A stretch of DNA of 64,000 nucleotides from an uncultured bacterium (GTDB taxonomy: Bacteria > Krumholzibacteriota > Krumholzibacteriia > JACNKJ01), in the NCBI GenBank assembly GCA_963695095.1, contig CAVOFT010000001.1, forward strand, positions 3,072,001 through 3,136,000, given 5' to 3'. The position numbers and the translations under genes were made by a program. Below, piece by piece: positions 10,621 to 19,010 of the stretch (the stretch's first letter is position 1; the number at the start of each line of letters is the position of its first letter). The notes under the pieces are model-generated. The model did not search any database and was not told the origin of the DNA. It worked only from the letters and a program-made list of their open reading frames with translations.

Positions 10621-11652
10621 ATGTCCGAGTTCGTGCCGAATCTCCCCGCCGCCGCGGTGGATGCCCACCTGCGCGCGGCCGTCGCTAAGTTGCGCCGCGC
10701 CGAGCAGAATGCCGTTCTCTGGTTCGCCGAGCTGATACGCAGGCGCCTCTACCGCGACTGCGGCTACTCCAGCATTCATGCCTACGCCGAGGCCGTGCTG
10801 GGCTTCGGGCAGGCGAAGACCTATCAGTTCATCCGGCTGGCGGAGTCGCTCGATGGCCTGCCCCGGCTGCGAGCCTCGGTCGAGGCCGGCGAGATGCCCT
10901 GGACCAAGGCCCGCAGCGTGGCAGCGGTCGCCACGCCGCGCTCCGAGGTCCAGTGGATCGCGCTCGCGAAGGCGAGCAGCGCGCGCCAGCTCGAGTCGAA
11001 GATTCGCGAGAGCCGCCGCGAGGCGCAACGCCTGCCCGGCCAGGGCGACCTGCTGGCGCCAGCCGCCGAGCTGCCGACCGCGCCCGCGCCGATCCCCGTA
11101 CCGGCGCCGAAGGTGCAGGTTAGCTTCACGCTCGAGCCGGAGCAGTACGCCCGCTGGCTGGCCATCGTCGAGCGGCTGCGCAAGCAAGGGCACGCCGAGG
11201 AGAAGGCCGAGCTGCTGCTGGCTGCCTTCGCCGCGCTGGCCGAGTCCGAGTGTACACGTGTACAAAACGAGCCGCCCTACCAGGTCGTGATCTACCGCTG
11301 CAAGGACTGCGGCGCGACGCGCCTGCCCGACGGGCGCCCCCTGGCGCCGGCAGTGGCCGCGCAGGCAACCTGCGACTGCCGAACGCAGCGAGAAGGCCAG
11401 CCTAATCGCGCATCGATCCCGCCCGCTCTGCGCCGGCAGGTACTCGCGCGCGACGGCCACCGCTGCCAGGCCCCGGGCTGCCGCTCCACGCGTTTCCTCG
11501 AGGTGCATCACCGCGAGCCGCGCCGGCGGGGCGGCCGCAACAGCACGGCGAACCTGATCACCCTCTGCGCGGCCTGCCACCGACTTCTGCACGAGAGCGG
11601 CGCGGGGCTTGCCGCCGCACTGCCGGTAGCGAACTTGCCGAACACCGGCTGA
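10621..11652 (+). CDS. HNH endonuclease with N-terminal helical (DUF222/ParB-HTH-like) region
   Basis: RRQVLARDGHRCQAPGC...LEVHH...GGRNSTANLITLCAACHRLLH; N-terminal YRDCGYSSIHAYA...GEMPWTKAR; extra CKDC motif. Confidence 0.88.
   Translation: MSEFVPNLPAAAVDAHLRAAVAKLRRAEQNAVLWFAELIRRRLYRDCGYSSIHAYAEAVLGFGQAKTYQFIRLAESLDGLPRLRASVEAGEMPWTKARSVAAVATPRSEVQWIALAKASSARQLESKIRESRREAQRLPGQGDLLAPAAELPTAPAPIPVPAPKVQVSFTLEPEQYARWLAIVERLRKQGHAEEKAELLLAAFAALAESECTRVQNEPPYQVVIYRCKDCGATRLPDGRPLAPAVAAQATCDCRTQREGQPNRASIPPALRRQVLARDGHRCQAPGCRSTRFLEVHHREPRRRGGRNSTANLITLCAACHRLLHESGAGLAAALPVANLPNTG
11251..11264. repeat. perfect 14-bp palindrome TGTACACGTGTACA inside the HNH gene
   Basis: Read directly; self-reverse-complementary and AT-rich relative to the gene. 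Confidence 0.9.
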
Positions 11653-11882
11653 TTGACGCCAACCTGGATCCGTCGATCTCCCGCCCCGGCGAACGCCGCC
11701 CCCGGCAATGGACCTGGGTCGAGCCTCCGTCTGGCTGCCTTCGTCGTGCCGCCCCCGGGAGCCGCCGGGGCTGGCCCCACAGCGGCCCCTAGCCTCGCCA
11801 GGGCCGCGCTCCCAGCCCATCCCAAAGCCGCGCAAGCACTTGCCCACCCGCCCCCGGGGGCGAGTTTACGGCTAATCATGTC

Positions 11883-11930
11883 TTGAAAGCCTGATAACCT
11901 TGGCTATATTGAGCGTGAAAATTTTCCCAA
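11883..11930 (+). promoter_or_regulatory. promoter with Rex-like operator upstream of the OFA transporter
   Basis: TTGAAA-16bp-TATATT then GCGTGAA-AATT-TTCCCAA; 11 of 14 positions match TTGTGAA-N4-TTCACAA. Confidence 0.5.
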
Positions 11931-11959
11931 AGCACGGCCGGCCGGGCCGGGAGGACAGC

Positions 11960-13273
11960 ATGGAGAAGGAAGCCAAGGTCATGAACCGCTGGCTGGTGGC
12001 GCTGGGTGCGCTGATCATTCAGCTCTGCCTGGGCGCCATCTACGCCTGGAGCGTCTTCACGCCCCACCTGAAGAAGGCCCCCTTCAACTTCAGCGCCACG
12101 CAGACCCAGGTGGTCTTCTCCGTCGGCCTGGCCACCTTCGCCATCGTGATGGTGCTCGCCGGCCGCTGGCAGGCGAAGATCGGCCCCCGCCGCGTGGCCC
12201 TGTCCGGCGGCCTGCTGCTCGGCCTCGGCTACATCCTGGCCAAGTTCATCGGCGGCAGCTTCTTCGGCCAGGTCGTCTCGATCGGCCTCATCGGCGGCGC
12301 CGGCATCGGCCTCGCCTACGTCTGCCCCATCGCCGTCGGCATGAAGTGGTTCCCCGACAAGAAGGGCCTCATCACGGGCCTCGCCGTGGCCGGCTTCGGC
12401 TTCGGCGCCCTCATCTGGATCAAGCTGGCCGGCGCCTGGGGCCACCTGATCGAGAAGATCGGCGTGCAGGACGTGTTCGGTCTCTACGGGATCATCTTCC
12501 TCGCCGCCGTCAGCCTCGGCAGCATCGTGATGATCAACCCGCCCGCCGGCTGGAAGCCCAAGGGCTGGTCGCCGCCCGAGCCCCAGACGGTCGGCAACAA
12601 GATCACCGGCCAGCTCAACATGCTGCCCGACCAGATGCTCAAGACGCGCCAGTTCTACATGCTCTGGTCCATCTTCATCTTCAGCGGCATGGCCGGCTTG
12701 ATGACCATCGGCATCATCCAGCTCTTCGGCATCGACGCCCTCAAGGGCAGCGGCCACAGCGAGGTCGAGGCCGCCGCCATCGCCGGCACGGCGATGGCCG
12801 TCTTCTACTCCCTGGCCAACGGCATCGGCCGCATCGTCTGGGGCGCGCTCAGCGACCGCCTCGGCCGCAAGCGCTCGATCACGATCATGACCGCGAGCCA
12901 GGGCGTCATGATGCTGCTCTTCTTCTGGATGGGCGGCACGCCGGCCCTGCTCTTCCTGGGCGCCACGATCATCGGCTTCAACTTCGGCGGCAACTTCGCC
13001 CTCTTCCCCACCGCCACCGCCGACTTCTTCGGCACCGCGCACGTGGGCCAGAACTACGGCTGGATGTTCACCGCCTACGGCGTCGGCGGCATCGTCGGGC
13101 CGATCATGGCCGGAGCCTTCCGCGACAGCGGCAGCTGGCTGCCGGCCTTCTTGATCAGCGGCGTGCTCTGCCTGGTCGCGGCCGGCATCGCGCTCAGCCT
13201 GAAGCCGCCCAAGCCCGCCTCCGTGACGATGCCGGTGCTTGAGCCCGAGCACGAACCCGCCGGCAGTCGCTAG
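11960..13273 (+). CDS. OFA family MFS transporter (oxalate/formate or monocarboxylate)
   Basis: QLCLGAIYAWSVF, KWFPDKKGLITGLAVAGFG, NGIGRIVWGALSDRLGRK; about 12 TM segments. Confidence 0.92.
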   Translation: MEKEAKVMNRWLVALGALIIQLCLGAIYAWSVFTPHLKKAPFNFSATQTQVVFSVGLATFAIVMVLAGRWQAKIGPRRVALSGGLLLGLGYILAKFIGGSFFGQVVSIGLIGGAGIGLAYVCPIAVGMKWFPDKKGLITGLAVAGFGFGALIWIKLAGAWGHLIEKIGVQDVFGLYGIIFLAAVSLGSIVMINPPAGWKPKGWSPPEPQTVGNKITGQLNMLPDQMLKTRQFYMLWSIFIFSGMAGLMTIGIIQLFGIDALKGSGHSEVEAAAIAGTAMAVFYSLANGIGRIVWGALSDRLGRKRSITIMTASQGVMMLLFFWMGGTPALLFLGATIIGFNFGGNFALFPTATADFFGTAHVGQNYGWMFTAYGVGGIVGPIMAGAFRDSGSWLPAFLISGVLCLVAAGIALSLKPPKPASVTMPVLEPEHEPAGSR

Positions 13274-13301
13274 GATTCCTTCCCCGAATGGACGAATCCG
13301 T

Positions 13302-13324
13302 GGGGGGAGCCGAGAGGCTCCCCC
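13302..13324. terminator. hairpin between convergent genes
   Basis: GGGGGAGCC-GAGA-GGCTCCCCC. Confidence 0.6.
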
Positions 13325-13337
13325 TTCGCATTGCGGG

Positions 13338-14086
13338 CTAAGGGGCCGGCGTGAACTGCGAGAACTCCGTCCGCGTGCGGATGTGCTTGTGCACGATGAT
13401 GGGGATCTTCACCTCGAGGTCCATGGCGATCCAGCGCGGCAGGTCGCGGCCCGCCGACGCTCCGCCAGCTCGGCCGCTGAGGTCCAGGCGCTTGACGCCG
13501 AAGCTGCCCTTGGCCGGCTTCAGCTCCGCGCGCGACCAGCGCCCCGGTGCCGGATCGCCAGCCAGAGCTGCCCGTCCACAGCCCCTTGCGCTTCTTCTGC
13601 GCGGCCTCAGGCTCACGCGGCGCCAGCTCGCCGGTCGCCGCGCGCGCCTCGAGACTCGCCGGGCTCGAAGCGGTACTCGCCGCGGCGCGCCGCCGTGAAG
13701 AAGTCGAAGCTGAGGTCGAGCTTGCGCTCGTCCCCGTCGTCCTCGTCGCCGTCCTTTGCCTTTGCTTCCGGCTCCTCGCCGGGCTTGGCCTTGCGGTCGT
13801 AGACCAGCTCGCCGCCCTCGGCCAGCACCTCGGTGGAATCCGGCCCCCACTGGATGCCGTCCAGCCAGGCGCGCTCCTCGTGCTCCAGCACATCGTCGCC
13901 GTTGCTGACTCGCGTGCGCGTCTCCTCGTGGAAGCGGAAGGGCGCGAAGCGGGCGGCCGCCGAGTCGGCGCGGGCGAAGGCCAGCTCGAGGAGGGCCTCG
14001 CCGGTGGCCGCCCCGGCGGGCAGCGCTCCCAGGAGCGTGCAGAGGGCAAGCAGGGCGAGGCCGAGCGGGCGCAGGCGAAGGGGCAC
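13338..14086 (-). CDS. hypothetical secreted protein, apparently frameshifted around 13470-13660
   Basis: GTG with GGAGG RBS and signal peptide in ORF 13613-14161; plausible C-terminus (DLPRWIAMDLEVKIPIIVHKHIRTRTEFSQF) in ORF 13338-14174. Confidence 0.6.
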
Positions 14087-14203
14087 GGGAAACCTCCGGG
14101 CTGAGGACCGGCCAGTATAGGCCCGGCGATGGCCGGCTTGGCAAGACGCGGGATGCGCCATGCGCTATACTCAAGGCCGTTCCGCCAACCGGGGAGGTCG
14201 CAG

Positions 14204-15793
14204 ATGAAGTGTCGCCTGATCCTTGCCGTCGCCTTGCTCACCCTCGTCGCCAGCGGCGCCGCCGCCGATGCCGGCCGCCGCTTCGTCGTCCACAGCGAGG
14301 ACGGCGCTTTCTTCCAAGAAGAGCGCGGCGCCGACGCCGGCCTGCCCGCGCCGCCGCTCACGCCGCGCGACGCGCTGCTCTGGCAGCGCAGCATCCCCGG
14401 CAACATCTACACGAGCTGCGCGATGCTGAATGCCGCCGTCTTCGCGGGCACGAACAACGGCGCCTCCTGCGTGGCCGAGTTCTTCGCGGACGATCTCAAC
14501 GGCACCCCCGACTGGACCTTCGCGGGCGGCGAGAACTACGTCACCGCGGGCGCTGGCTACCTCGCCCTCGTCGAGGCCGTGCCGGCCATCGCGGGGGTGA
14601 GGCTGCACATGTGGACGGTGGGCGTCCCGCCCACCCCGCTCTGGGAGAAGGAGATCCCCAACTGCAGCGCGCCACTGGGCTGCCTGCGCATCGCCTCCGT
14701 CGGCAACCTGCTGGCCCTGGCCGTGAATACGGCCGCCAGCAGCACCACCTATGCCCTCGATCCCCTCACGGGCGCGTTGCTCTCCAGCTTCGTCGCCCCC
14801 GCCGGCGAATTCGCCCGCGCCCTGCGCGTCAGCGAGGACGGCACGCGCATCGCCCTGCGCAACGGCGCCACCCTGCACGTGCTCGATCCCAGCACCGGCC
14901 TGCCACTCTTCACGGGCAACGTGAACGCCAGCTCGGACGCCCTCGCCTTCTCGCCGGACGGCCACTGGCTCGCGGCAGGCTGGACGCTCCTCTATGTCTG
15001 GGAGTGGAACGGCAGCGCCTATCAGTACCGCTGGTCGAACAACGGCGGCGGGGCCAACTGGTACCTCGGCACCTGCGCCCTGGACAACAACGGCCAGCTC
15101 ATCGCCGGCTGGTATACCACCAGCTACAACCGGAACAAGGTGATGTGGTTCGACGCCGCCATCAGCACGCCGGCCTGGACCTATCTCTTCCCCCCCTCCA
15201 GCGGCACCTACCAGGATCTGCCCGTGGCCAGCGCGATGACGGAGGGCGCCGGCATCATCGGCAGCTGGGGCGATGCCGAAGGGCTCAACCCCGAGCTCAG
15301 CGCCTTCCTGCCCACGCAGGCCGAGCCCTTCTTCACGGTCAACACCACGGGCTCGATCTACGATGTCGACGCCGAGGCCTACGACATCGTCGGCGGCCGC
15401 TATCCGGCCTACTTCGCGGGCTGCGGCAAGCACGTCCATGCGAATCAGTTCGGCAGTGGCGGCGATCTCTACCTCGCGGATGTGAGCCCGCCCACGGCGG
15501 CGCCGGCGCTGCCGGCGTCCGGTCTCGACCTGGTCGCCTATCCCAACCCCTGCCGAGCGACGAGCACCCTGCGCCTGAGCCTGCCCCGCGCGGAGGGCCT
15601 GCGGGTGGACATCCATGGCGTCGATGGCCGGCACCTGCGCCGGCTCTGGGCTGGGCCCAGCAGCGCCGGCGAGCTGAGCCTCGTCTGGGACGGCCGCGAC
15701 GAGGCCGGCCGGGACCTGGCCAGCGGCGTCTATCTGGCGCGGGCCGAAGCCGCCGAGCTCGCGACGACGCTGCGCCTGGTCCTCCTCCGGTAG
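14204..15793 (+). CDS. secreted beta-propeller protein with C-terminal FlgD-Ig/T9SS-like sorting domain
   Basis: Signal peptide; AFSPDG-type repeats; YPNP...WDGRDEAGRDLASGVYLAR. Confidence 0.82.
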   Translation: MKCRLILAVALLTLVASGAAADAGRRFVVHSEDGAFFQEERGADAGLPAPPLTPRDALLWQRSIPGNIYTSCAMLNAAVFAGTNNGASCVAEFFADDLNGTPDWTFAGGENYVTAGAGYLALVEAVPAIAGVRLHMWTVGVPPTPLWEKEIPNCSAPLGCLRIASVGNLLALAVNTAASSTTYALDPLTGALLSSFVAPAGEFARALRVSEDGTRIALRNGATLHVLDPSTGLPLFTGNVNASSDALAFSPDGHWLAAGWTLLYVWEWNGSAYQYRWSNNGGGANWYLGTCALDNNGQLIAGWYTTSYNRNKVMWFDAAISTPAWTYLFPPSSGTYQDLPVASAMTEGAGIIGSWGDAEGLNPELSAFLPTQAEPFFTVNTTGSIYDVDAEAYDIVGGRYPAYFAGCGKHVHANQFGSGGDLYLADVSPPTAAPALPASGLDLVAYPNPCRATSTLRLSLPRAEGLRVDIHGVDGRHLRRLWAGPSSAGELSLVWDGRDEAGRDLASGVYLARAEAAELATTLRLVLLR

Positions 15794-15852
15794 GCGGCTT
15801 GCCGCCGCCGGCGCCGCGCCCTAGACTTCAGGCAGCCCAATCGGGAGGACCC

Positions 15853-16815
15853 GTGCGCCACGCCCTGGCTCGCCTGCTTGCCCACGCAGCGCTCGCGGCG
15901 CTCTGCCTGAGCGCTGCGCCCGCCGGGGCCACGCTCTTCCGGCAGGTGGCGGCCAGCCCCGAGCCCGACGGCGCTCCCAGCTTCTCCCCCGACGGCCAGC
16001 TGGTGGCCTTCTCCTCACCCTTCAGCGGTGACTGGGAGATCTACACGGTGAATGCCTGGGGAGGCCGGCTGGCCAACTTCACCGAGAGCCCCGGCGTGGA
16101 CATCTACGCGAACTGGAGTCCGGCCGGCCCCTGGATCGTCTTCACCTCCCGCCGCGACAACGGCCACGGCAGCGACGACATGGACCTCTGGCTCAAGAGC
16201 AGCGCAGACGGCAGCGAGATCAATCTCACCACCTGGGCCGGCTACGACAACTTCGGCGCGCTGGACCCGACCGGTGAGCGCGTGGCCTTCTCCAGCGATC
16301 GCGGCAACCAGGGCCTCACCGAGATCTGGGTGCTCGAGCTCGCCGACCCCGGTCAGGCCCAGCGGCTCTGCACGGGTCCGGTGGAGTGCTTCCATCCCTG
16401 CTGGAGCCCCGATGGCCAGTGGGTGGCCTTCGATGGCCGCGAGCCGGGCGACTTCCTCAACACGCGGCTCTACCGGGTGCCGGCGACAGGCGGCAGCGCC
16501 GAGGAGCTCCCCATCGGCATGCTGGTAGGCAGCGACCCGAGCTGGTCGCCCGATGGCCGCTATCTGGCCTTCGCCGGCGGCGATGACCCGGTGGACTGGG
16601 ATCTCTGGGTCTGGGACTTCACGGCCGGCGCCCTGATCCAGCTCACGGACACGCGCTACATCGAGCAATCGCCGGCCTGGAACGCCGCCGGCAGCGAGAT
16701 CGTCTACGCCGGCTTCCCGATGGGCAACAAGGACATCTGGGTGGCCTACGCGCTGCCCTTCCCGACCGGCGTCGCCCGCCAGTCCGTGAGCGGACTCAAG
16801 GCCCTCTTCCGCTGA
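15853..16815 (+). CDS. secreted TolB-like (PD40 repeat) beta-propeller protein
   Basis: GTG after GGAGG; repeated PSFSPDG/PCWSPDG/PSWSPDG; tail RQSVSGLKALFR. Confidence 0.85.
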   Translation: MRHALARLLAHAALAALCLSAAPAGATLFRQVAASPEPDGAPSFSPDGQLVAFSSPFSGDWEIYTVNAWGGRLANFTESPGVDIYANWSPAGPWIVFTSRRDNGHGSDDMDLWLKSSADGSEINLTTWAGYDNFGALDPTGERVAFSSDRGNQGLTEIWVLELADPGQAQRLCTGPVECFHPCWSPDGQWVAFDGREPGDFLNTRLYRVPATGGSAEELPIGMLVGSDPSWSPDGRYLAFAGGDDPVDWDLWVWDFTAGALIQLTDTRYIEQSPAWNAAGSEIVYAGFPMGNKDIWVAYALPFPTGVARQSVSGLKALFR

Positions 16816-16832
16816 AATCCCCGGCTTCTCCC

Positions 16833-16890
16833 TTGACAGCTTCCTCGTTCGCAAGTATTGTCCATCCGGTTAATTAAAACGTTTGGACAA
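16833..16890 (+). promoter_or_regulatory. sigma70 promoter and probable TetR autoregulatory operator
   Basis: TTGACA-17bp-TATTGT; inverted repeat TTGTCCA...TGGACAA flanking TTAATTAA. Confidence 0.65.
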
Positions 16891-16904
16891 AGCCGAATCA
16901 GGGC

Positions 16905-17486
16905 ATGACCGAAGCGACGCGCCGCCGACTCCTGGACGCCGGCCGCCGGGCCTTTGCCCGGCAGGGCCTGGACGGCGCGCGGGTGGAGGCCATCGCCCGG
17001 GAGGCCGGCGTCAACAAGGCCCTGATCAACTACCACTTCCGGGGCAAGCTGGGGCTCTACCGCGAGGTCCTGGCCGAGGAGCTGGCAGCGGCCTCCCGGG
17101 ACCTGGCCGCAGCCCTGAGCAGCGAGCGGGATCCGGTCCGGCGACTCGGTGCCTGGCCACAGGCCCTGTCCGCGCTGCTCGCCGCGCGCCCCGAGCTGGC
17201 GCCGCTGCTGCTCGGTGAACGGCTGCGCGGGGGTGAAGCGCTGTCCGGAGGCGAGCGGGGACCGGGCGCCGATCTGCTCGCGGCGACGATCACCGCCGGC
17301 GCCGAAGCGGGCCGCCTGCGCGCGGTCGACGCCGCCGCCTTGCAGGAACTGCTGCTGGGGGCCCTGCTGCTCGCCGGCCTGGGAGAGGAGCGCGAGCGGA
17401 CGGCCGCCCTGCTCACGGCCCTCATCCAGGGCGGACTGACGGCGCCGGGGCCGCAGAATTCGGGGATCGCTGACGCAGGAGGGTGA
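16905..17486 (+). CDS. TetR/AcrR family transcriptional regulator
   Basis: FARQGLDGARVEAIAREAGVNKALINYHFRGKLGLY HTH. Confidence 0.92.
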   Translation: MTEATRRRLLDAGRRAFARQGLDGARVEAIAREAGVNKALINYHFRGKLGLYREVLAEELAAASRDLAAALSSERDPVRRLGAWPQALSALLAARPELAPLLLGERLRGGEALSGGERGPGADLLAATITAGAEAGRLRAVDAAALQELLLGALLLAGLGEERERTAALLTALIQGGLTAPGPQNSGIADAGG

Positions 17487-17511
17487 GAGCGAATCGCGGC
17501 GATCCCACACT

Positions 17512-17543
17512 GCGGGGCCGGCGTCTCGGGACGCCGGCCCCGC
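17512..17543 (+). terminator. perfect 14-bp stem-loop after tetR
   Basis: GCGGGGCCGGCGTC-TCGG-GACGCCGGCCCCGC. Confidence 0.6.
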
Positions 17544-17661
17544 GGCCGACACGGCTTGACCTGCGCCAGACCCGATGTATCATACACTTCGGCCTGCCTG
17601 CTCCCGCCCCGTGCGGGGCCCTCCAGCCGCCGGCAATCTCCTCTCGCTTCCGGAGCTTCAC

Positions 17662-18972
17662 ATGAGCCAGGTCATCGGGATCCGCCGGGAGGACAAGAAC
17701 CGCTGGGAGCGGCGTGCGCCCCTCGTGCCCGCCGATCTCGGCCGGCTCATCCGCGAGCAGGGGCTCAGCTTCATCGTTCAGCCTTCGCCCATCCGCACCT
17801 ACAAGGACGAGCAGTACGCGGAGGCCGGCTGCGAACTGGACCAGGATCTCAGCCGGGCCGGGGTCATCTTCGCCATCAAGGAGATCCCCCTGGACTTGCT
17901 CGAAGCGGAGAAGGCCTACGTCTTCTTCGCCCATGTCATCAAGGGCCAGGAGCACAACATGCCGCTGCTGCAGCGGATCCTGGACCTGGATTGCACGCTG
18001 ATCGACTACGAGCGCATCGTGGATGCGAAGAACCGGCGGCTCGTCTTCTTCGGTCGTCAGGCCGGGCAGGCCGGCATGATCGAGACGCTCTACGCTCTCG
18101 ATCGGCGCCTGCGCTGGGAGGGCTTCGACTCGCCCTTCCAGGGCGTCAAGCCGGCCTACGCCTACCCCGATCTCGCCCACGCCAAGGAAGTCCTGCTCGA
18201 GATGGGGCTCTCCGTGCGCGCCGGCCTGGATCCGGACCTCTGCCCCTTCGTGATCGGCTTCGCCGGCTACGGCAACGTCAGCCAGGGGGCGCAGGAGGTC
18301 TTCGATCTCTTCCCCCACGAGGAGATCGCGCCCGCGGATCTCGGCCAGCTCAGCACCCGCAAGCCGGTGCGGGATCGGCTCTTCAAGGTGGTGTTCAAGG
18401 AGGAGGACCTGGTCTTGCCCGCCGCGGCCGGCGAGGACTTCGTGCTCGCCGACTACTACGAGAACCCGGAGCGCTATCGCAGCCGCTTCGCGGATTACCT
18501 GCCCCGGCTCACGGCCCTCGTGAACTGCATCTACTGGACGCCGCGCTACCCGCGCCTGGTCACGCGCGCCGCCGCTCGCCGACTCTGGAGCGCCGGCGAG
18601 CGCAGCCTGCGCGTCATCGGGGATATCAGCTGCGACATCGGCGGCAGCATCGAGTTCACCTACAAGGCCACGGAGCCGGACCAGGCCAGCTTCGTCTACG
18701 ACCCCATCGCCGATACCTACAAGGACGGCGTCGAGGGGCGCGGCATCGCCGTGATGGCCGTCGACAATCTGCCCTGCGAGCTGCCGCGGGACGCCTCGGA
18801 TGCCTTCAGCGCCACGCTCGCGCGGCTCGCACCGAGCCTGGCCGCGGCCGACTTCAGCCGGCCCTTCGCCGAGCTGGGGCTGCCGCCCGAACTCACGCGC
18901 GCGGTGATCGCCCACCGCGGCGCGCTCACTCCGGAGTACCGCTACCTGGAGGAATTTCTCCTGGACGCCTAG
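17662..18972 (+). CDS. lysine-ketoglutarate reductase / saccharopine dehydrogenase (lysine-forming) of the AASS LKR-domain type
   Basis: IGIRREDKNRWERRAPL, FFAHVIKGQ, LIDYERI, GYGNVSQGAQE, DISCDIGGSIEF, AVDNLPCELP. Confidence 0.88.
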   Translation: MSQVIGIRREDKNRWERRAPLVPADLGRLIREQGLSFIVQPSPIRTYKDEQYAEAGCELDQDLSRAGVIFAIKEIPLDLLEAEKAYVFFAHVIKGQEHNMPLLQRILDLDCTLIDYERIVDAKNRRLVFFGRQAGQAGMIETLYALDRRLRWEGFDSPFQGVKPAYAYPDLAHAKEVLLEMGLSVRAGLDPDLCPFVIGFAGYGNVSQGAQEVFDLFPHEEIAPADLGQLSTRKPVRDRLFKVVFKEEDLVLPAAAGEDFVLADYYENPERYRSRFADYLPRLTALVNCIYWTPRYPRLVTRAAARRLWSAGERSLRVIGDISCDIGGSIEFTYKATEPDQASFVYDPIADTYKDGVEGRGIAVMAVDNLPCELPRDASDAFSATLARLAPSLAAADFSRPFAELGLPPELTRAVIAHRGALTPEYRYLEEFLLDA

Positions 18973-19010
18973 CGCACTCCAATCCGACACCGTGATGTGG
19001 GGAGGACACG

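Noticed and set aside
11653..11840. Structured ncRNA associated with the HNH gene (IscB/omega-RNA-like)
   Set aside because: The protein lacks PLMP and RuvC motifs. The GC-rich spacer forms only generic hairpins, which cannot be supported without covariation analysis.
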